Source: Faecousia sp. (GTDB lineage Bacteria > Bacillota > Clostridia > Oscillospirales > Oscillospiraceae). From it: a stretch of DNA of 64,000 nucleotides. The stretch covers positions 9,755 through 73,754 of the forward strand of contig JBJDYP010000071.1 of assembly GCA_051867435.1 (NCBI GenBank), written 5' to 3'. The position numbers and the translations under genes are program-made. The notes beneath the pieces were generated by a model, which had not been told where the DNA came from, made no database searches, and worked only from the letters and a program-made list of their open reading frames with translations. Below are positions 59,331 through 64,000 of this stretch, in pieces (the stretch's first letter is position 1; each line of letters opens with the position of its first letter).

Positions 59331-59500
59331 TCTACTTCATTGGGTGGCTTTTTGCGTCCAACGGCACTGAATTTGAAGGCTAATCCCAAATGGGCAGAGA
59401 ACTGGGGTAATTCTGGTTGTCCACCTCCGGTGGGGTTACTACCCTACCTCACTTGGAAAAGCCCTCAAACCGCTCGCTACGGCTTCAAATCCGGCTCACA

Positions 59501-59572
59501 GGGTCGCAAGGGACGCAAGTGCCGAATGTTTCAGAGCTGGGTTTTATGCGTCACTTGCGTCACTTCGGTCAC
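59501..59572. repeat. Converging arrays of 9-bp repeats (consensus GTGACGCAA), candidate replication origin
   Basis: Plus strand GGGTCGCAA GGGACGCAA GTGCCGAAT; minus strand GTGACCGAA GTGACGCAA GTGACGCA. Confidence 0.55.
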
Positions 59573-60547
59573 GGGCAGAGAGTAGGAAACCTCTACCGAA
59601 CGCAGGCCATTGCTTCGGTGATTGTGAAAGATTAAGCCCTGCTCCCGTAGCGAATACCGCCAGCGGTTCATCATCTGCTTCATTCCTTTCACGGACATAT
59701 TGGAGTTTGCATATGCGTTGAACTGGGTCGCCAGTTCGGTGCTGGTGCCGTTGTAATATACTTTCTGCCTCATGAACTCCAACAGCTTTTCCATCTCCTG
59801 GGGCAGAAGATTTTCCGGAGAGTCCAGACTGTCAGAGAGCATTTCCCAGACACAGGATTCCTTATTGAACCGAAGTTCCAGCTCCCGGTGTTCGATATCC
59901 CGCCCGGTGCAGATCAGCCTTGCGAGGTTCTGATTCCGTTCATCCTTATCCAGAATGAAGATGGCATCCACCGCACCGCCGATGCCGGTGGTACCGGACA
60001 GTCGGTTGATAGGATCTCTGTCACCTTGCTTTCGCAGATGGTGTACCAGAAGAATGGAGATCCGCAGTGCGTCCGCGATCCGTTTCAGCTTTTGCAGTTC
60101 CTGATAGTCACCACCGTAGGAAGGTTCACCATTGCTGGCTCGTACCATCTGGAAGGTATCGATGACAATGAGTACCGTATCGGGGTGATCTTTCACGAAC
60201 TCTATGATCTGCTGTTCCAGATCCTCAGCCAGTGTGCTTGCGGCATTGGCGAAGAATACATCGGGCGGAGCTTCATCCGTGATGCATCCCAGCCGCTGCT
60301 GGATGCGGAAGTAAGGATCTTCCAGGCAGAGATATAAAGTTGTTCCCTTCGTGGTTTCCATATTCCACATTGCTTCCCCCTTGGCAATTCGGACACACAG
60401 ATCCATTACCAACCAGGACTTTCCCATCTTCGGTGCGCCGCCGAGGATGCTCAGCCCCTGGGGAAGAAAATTCTGGACACAGAATCTCGGCGCATTGAGA
60501 TCCATGTCCAGAAGAGTTTCGCCATCGATGACCGACAGCTTATTCAT
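59531..60547 (-). CDS. AAA_25 / RepA-like helicase
   Basis: GAPKMGKS, YLCLED, LIVIDT, LVHHLRK and SGTTG. Confidence 0.88.
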   Translation of the reverse strand: MNKLSVIDGETLLDMDLNAPRFCVQNFLPQGLSILGGAPKMGKSWLVMDLCVRIAKGEAMWNMETTKGTTLYLCLEDPYFRIQQRLGCITDEAPPDVFFANAASTLAEDLEQQIIEFVKDHPDTVLIVIDTFQMVRASNGEPSYGGDYQELQKLKRIADALRISILLVHHLRKQGDRDPINRLSGTTGIGGAVDAIFILDKDERNQNLARLICTGRDIEHRELELRFNKESCVWEMLSDSLDSPENLLPQEMEKLLEFMRQKVYYNGTSTELATQFNAYANSNMSVKGMKQMMNRWRYSLREQGLIFHNHRSNGLRSVEVSYSLPVTEVTQVTHKTQL

Positions 60548-60601
60548 TTCTTCCGTAACATTTCCTCCTTTCTTTCTGAGGTGTGAATCGATTCTGGAAT
60601 T

Positions 60602-60630
60602 ATTTTAACACCCCTATTGCTACTTGTAAA
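60602..60630 (-). promoter_or_regulatory. Putative promoter of the AAA_25/mob backbone
   Basis: Minus strand TTTACA-17 nt-TAAAAT with extended TG. Confidence 0.55.
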
Positions 60631-60698
60631 TAGTTGTGGTATTGTATAACTACATTCACTATTCCTGGACAACTAGATTCACTATTGGAGGAAAGGCT

Positions 60699-61742
60699 AT
60701 GGCAATGCTCGGCAAGGATCTTCTGGATTTCAGAAGACCTCTGACACATACGAAGGTGCAGTTCGGTGAAAAACTGTACTGGATCGAGGAAAATTCAAAG
60801 GGAATCCCCTACGGAACAGTTTTGACAGAGCTGCTGAACTACGATGCCACTGCCTATATTGAAGCTGCACAGCAGTTCCGGGATGCGGCAGGGAAAAAGA
60901 ATGATGAGGATGTACTTCGCACACTCACTGCGCTGAAAGAAGAATTCTTAAAGCTGCCATTCTACAATGCCTATATGAAATCTCTGGGAGTGGTGGACTT
61001 GTATCTTGCCATGCCGCAGTATATCAATTCGACCTACGAGGATATTGACAAGCTTTCTTTCTTCTATCATGCTGCAGAGGACATTCCTTTGATCCAGAAA
61101 CAATATGCTTGGTTCATTGATGGTGCGCTGGACGACGGCGGTCAGCGCAGAAAAAAAGGCCAGCGGAAGTTACCGCCGGCAGAGAGAATTCTAATGAACT
61201 TGATGGAAGCCTATGTGAGTGGAAAAAGTTTGGGCGGTGATACAACAGTAGACGCACCTAATATCCAGATGCAGTACGCTGTACTGCAAACCGAGGACGG
61301 TGCTGAAATCGTTGAGAAAATGTACTTTGACCGGCTTCTCGATTTCGTGTATGTGGAAATGATGAAGGGACTTCAGAAGGGATTTCTTCCCAAGCGGTGC
61401 CCCAACTGCGGCAGATGGTTCGTACAAGAGCCGGGAATGGACTTCAATTACTGCGCCAATCCTGCTCCCCAAGATCCTACGAAGTTGTGTAGAGATATCG
61501 GCGCCACAAACAATTTCCTTGATAAGAAAAAGAATCATGAGATCTGGAATATCCACCAGAGAGCATATCGGAAATACTATGCCAGAATACTAAAGAAAAA
61601 CATGACGAAGGATGCGTTCTTCGCCTGGGCAGAAGAAGCGGCGGCATTGCGTGATGAGCTGCTCCCTAAATATAATGCCGCCGGTCCCGAAGAAAGGTCT
61701 GCCATGGCAGAGAGCTATCGGCAGGCGATCAACAAATTATGA
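60699..61742 (+). CDS. DUF6076-like protein with C-terminal Cys4 zinc finger
   Basis: KRCPNCGRWF...YC...CRDIGA and RAYRKYYAR; GGAGG RBS. Confidence 0.75.
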   Translation: MAMLGKDLLDFRRPLTHTKVQFGEKLYWIEENSKGIPYGTVLTELLNYDATAYIEAAQQFRDAAGKKNDEDVLRTLTALKEEFLKLPFYNAYMKSLGVVDLYLAMPQYINSTYEDIDKLSFFYHAAEDIPLIQKQYAWFIDGALDDGGQRRKKGQRKLPPAERILMNLMEAYVSGKSLGGDTTVDAPNIQMQYAVLQTEDGAEIVEKMYFDRLLDFVYVEMMKGLQKGFLPKRCPNCGRWFVQEPGMDFNYCANPAPQDPTKLCRDIGATNNFLDKKKNHEIWNIHQRAYRKYYARILKKNMTKDAFFAWAEEAAALRDELLPKYNAAGPEERSAMAESYRQAINKL

Positions 61743-61815
61743 TTTCGTCACTTTAGCTACTTGTAATATTCGAGTTTCCAAGGTAACATCACCCAAACTA
61801 TTTGGGGGTGTTACC

Positions 61816-62130
61816 TTGAAAACATATCTGCAAAAACCGAAAGCCTACATCATAGCCAATCCAACCAAGTTCGATGAGGACTGTCCGCTGCCTGCCCTGG
61901 ATTCTCTGTACTGGCACTACACAGAATACCATACCATGACCAATGCAAAGACAAAGCAGGCAAGCCAAAATCTCAGCACCTACCTGCAATTCCTGCCGCC
62001 GAAGAAACGGGACACCATCTACTGCCTTGCCAGCACACTCTGTGCAGAGCATGAGAGTATCGCCTTTATCGCTGGACTCCAGCTCGGAGCACAGCTTATG
62101 CTGGAGTTACAGCAGAGCGACGAAACCTGA
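61816..62130 (+). CDS. DUF6809-like small helical protein (TTG start)
   Basis: C-terminal E..AFIAGLQLGAQLMLEL; GGGGGTG RBS. Confidence 0.6.
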   Translation: MKTYLQKPKAYIIANPTKFDEDCPLPALDSLYWHYTEYHTMTNAKTKQASQNLSTYLQFLPPKKRDTIYCLASTLCAEHESIAFIAGLQLGAQLMLELQQSDET

Positions 62131-62221
62131 AATTCGCCTTTGTAGCCGACACAAATCTTTTCACCGATGCCTACCTCGTTCCTACTGCCGCTGTTGGCTA
62201 CAAAGCCTAATCCGCAAAGAG

Positions 62222-62274
62222 CACCCCAAGATGCTGCGGTTATCGCACAAGCGAAACCACTACATCTTGGGGTG
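62222..62274. terminator. Long hairpin at the end of the histidine kinase gene
   Basis: CACCCCAAGATG...CATCTTGGGGTG with inner pairing. Confidence 0.55.
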
Positions 62275-62277
62275 GAT

Positions 62278-63588
62278 TTATACCTTATTCATAGAGAGTT
62301 GTACCACATGATGAAAACGCCTGTTCTCAGAATCATAGTACATCGTAGCTACACCGTCGTGTCGATCTACAATGCGCTGAATACTTTTTAGACCTACACC
62401 GTGAACACTTCGATCCCGCTTTCTCGTATGGAAACGCCCGTTAGAGTCTGGAATCGGAGCTGTGTCACAGGAATTAACAACGGAAATAATAACGATTTCC
62501 TGTTCTTCGTTTCTGGTAACGGAAAGCTCTACGATTCGATCAACAGAGCGTTCCGCAGCTTCAATGGCATTGGACAGCAGATTGCCATAAAGCGTCGTAA
62601 TGCTGGGAGCGTCCAATGTGGTAAGGCAGTTTTCTCGAACATCACATTGGAACACGATGTTTTGTTTCTGGCATCTTTCCCTGAATTGAAGCAGTACCAA
62701 ATTCAAGATAGGATCGCTGCACATTCTGGAGTACTGCTGTGGCAAAAGCGTTTTATCAAGTTTCGCAATATAGTCTGAAATTGCTTCCAAACCACTCGTT
62801 CTGGCCAGTGCATCTATGGTACATAAATGGCTCTTTATATCGTGAATCAAAATACGCTGTGATTCCGACTGTTCCTGTAACGCTTGATAATATGCCGTAT
62901 TAGCTTCTTCTTGTTGCAAACTGAGCTGCATGGTCAAATGATCTGCGTGGAGTTTTCTCATCTGATTGTAGAGTGCAATAAAGATTAGATTTACAATCAG
63001 CAACGTCAAGACAATCGTTACCATCAGTATTCTAATGGGGGCAGTCATTTCAGAATAAACACCGATATATACCACAACGGCGGATATTCCAACAGATAGA
63101 ACGGGCAAAACGCAAAGGATACCCATAAAAGAGGGTTCTTCTTGATCGGATTTAATTCTTGATAGAAACTCAGCAACAATGACCGTTAATGCAAAATACA
63201 TGAATTTGCTTATTATGGTCATAACTATCAATATGGACAGATTGTTGGCATAAGCGTCAACAGGAAATTGGAAGGATCTAATGAATAGAGCAGCTATGCT
63301 TTCAGTAATTGCCAAAGCTGAAGTCAAAAAAGCAGAATGTAATACAGCGGTACGACCTCTACAATGATAATTCAATAGAAGCAACAAGATGTTCACGAAG
63401 AAAAATGCTGTTTCATTGATTGCGATAAGTTCAATGTAATGAATGAAAAATAAAATGATATAGCCAGCAGGAAAAGTAAGTCTCAACAAAAGCAAAGACC
63501 GTTTTCTATGGAACAGATAATCGAAATAAAGCCATGCAATAACCGCTTCTGCCAGATATAAAAACAGGTAGCTAATTTGTTCGCCCAT
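62278..63588 (-). CDS. AgrC/VirS-type (HPK10) membrane histidine kinase
   Basis: About 6-7 TM helices; HDIKSH, NLLSNAIEA and HGVGLKSI. Confidence 0.92.
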   Translation of the reverse strand: MGEQISYLFLYLAEAVIAWLYFDYLFHRKRSLLLLRLTFPAGYIILFFIHYIELIAINETAFFFVNILLLLLNYHCRGRTAVLHSAFLTSALAITESIAALFIRSFQFPVDAYANNLSILIVMTIISKFMYFALTVIVAEFLSRIKSDQEEPSFMGILCVLPVLSVGISAVVVYIGVYSEMTAPIRILMVTIVLTLLIVNLIFIALYNQMRKLHADHLTMQLSLQQEEANTAYYQALQEQSESQRILIHDIKSHLCTIDALARTSGLEAISDYIAKLDKTLLPQQYSRMCSDPILNLVLLQFRERCQKQNIVFQCDVRENCLTTLDAPSITTLYGNLLSNAIEAAERSVDRIVELSVTRNEEQEIVIISVVNSCDTAPIPDSNGRFHTRKRDRSVHGVGLKSIQRIVDRHDGVATMYYDSENRRFHHVVQLSMNKV

Positions 63589-64000
63589 TATTTCACGCTC
63601 TCTCTATACATCAAATAGGTATCCTTAAAGGTTGTATATTTACGTCTGGTTAAGTAGGCAGATTGTTCTTGTCCACGGTACTTTAGTAAAACCCGATCCT
63701 TGCCGATGGAACTGACAAACCGCATATTGATGATGTAGCTACGATGCGTCATGTAAAAACACGGTAAGGTCAAAGTCTGACGCCAGTGTTCCATAGGCTG
63801 TACGCTTTGTAGTACTCCATCTGTTGTGTATATCAGAACCTTTCGCTGGGAGGCTTCAACACAGACGATTTCCTCAGCCCGGCGAACAAACACCCCATCA
63901 TTGGTCACAATCGGAATTTCACGGCTTTCTATGTTGTATTGATATACTGCGTCTTTCAAATTGCGGAACAGCCGATCTTTATCAATGGGCTTTGACAGAT
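63588..64000 (-). CDS. LytTR family response regulator (AgrA-like), 5' part outside the window
   Basis: LSKPIDKDRL receiver end followed by LytTR F..THRSYIIN; 1-nt overlap with the kinase start. Confidence 0.9.
   Translation of the reverse strand, partial: LSKPIDKDRLFRNLKDAVYQYNIESREIPIVTNDGVFVRRAEEIVCVEASQRKVLIYTTDGVLQSVQPMEHWRQTLTLPCFYMTHRSYIINMRFVSSIGKDRVLLKYRGQEQSAYLTRRKYTTFKDTYLMYRESVK

Larger units (their letters stand above)
55330..64000. mobile_element. Integrative mobilizable element (serine recombinase, MOB-P relaxase); right end lies outside the window
   Basis: Recombinase-TnpW-relaxase-MobC-oriT-AAA_25 backbone, no T4SS genes seen, visible drop in GC. Left boundary approximate. 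Confidence 0.85.

Overview
GC-rich Clostridia-type chromosome window (PolC, SLH domains and sigma-A promoters indicate Bacillota; an Oscillospiraceae-like gut anaerobe is an inference). From 1 to about 55.3 kb it is mostly housekeeping and metabolism: pepF, udp, the pyrH-frr-uppS-cdsA-dxr-rseP-ispG-polC cluster, glnS, a glycerol operon, pcp, a surface GH53 galactanase, tRNA-Leu, pgi, a glucokinase, udk, a nickel-handling trio, a UvrD/PcrA helicase and a GT2. From about 55.3 kb to the end is an integrative mobilizable element: large serine recombinase, TnpW-like protein, MOB-P relaxase, MobC, oriT, AAA_25 helicase, DUF6076/DUF6809-like genes and an AT-rich Agr-like two-component system. Best leads: (1) a 12-gene operon joining an Arg102 LDH-fold dehydrogenase, fumarase, HdrBCA-FlxDCBA, a soluble fumarate reductase lacking the covalent-FAD His, and a small PQ-loop-like membrane protein, i.e. 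a candidate electron-bifurcating succinate pathway; (2) a gene overprinted inside the relaxase (coiled coil plus C-terminal membrane anchor), with the relaxase probably starting at ATC; (3) a 161-bp fold-back MITE-like element, a copy of whose end sits in a collapsed glycosidase-operon remnant 29 kb away; (4) eleven His/Cys repeats forming a likely metal-stabilised stalk in the GH53 enzyme; (5) an InrS-like repressor, His-rich protein and CooT module with no CODH nearby. All family assignments come from recognising motifs by eye; no database searches were run.
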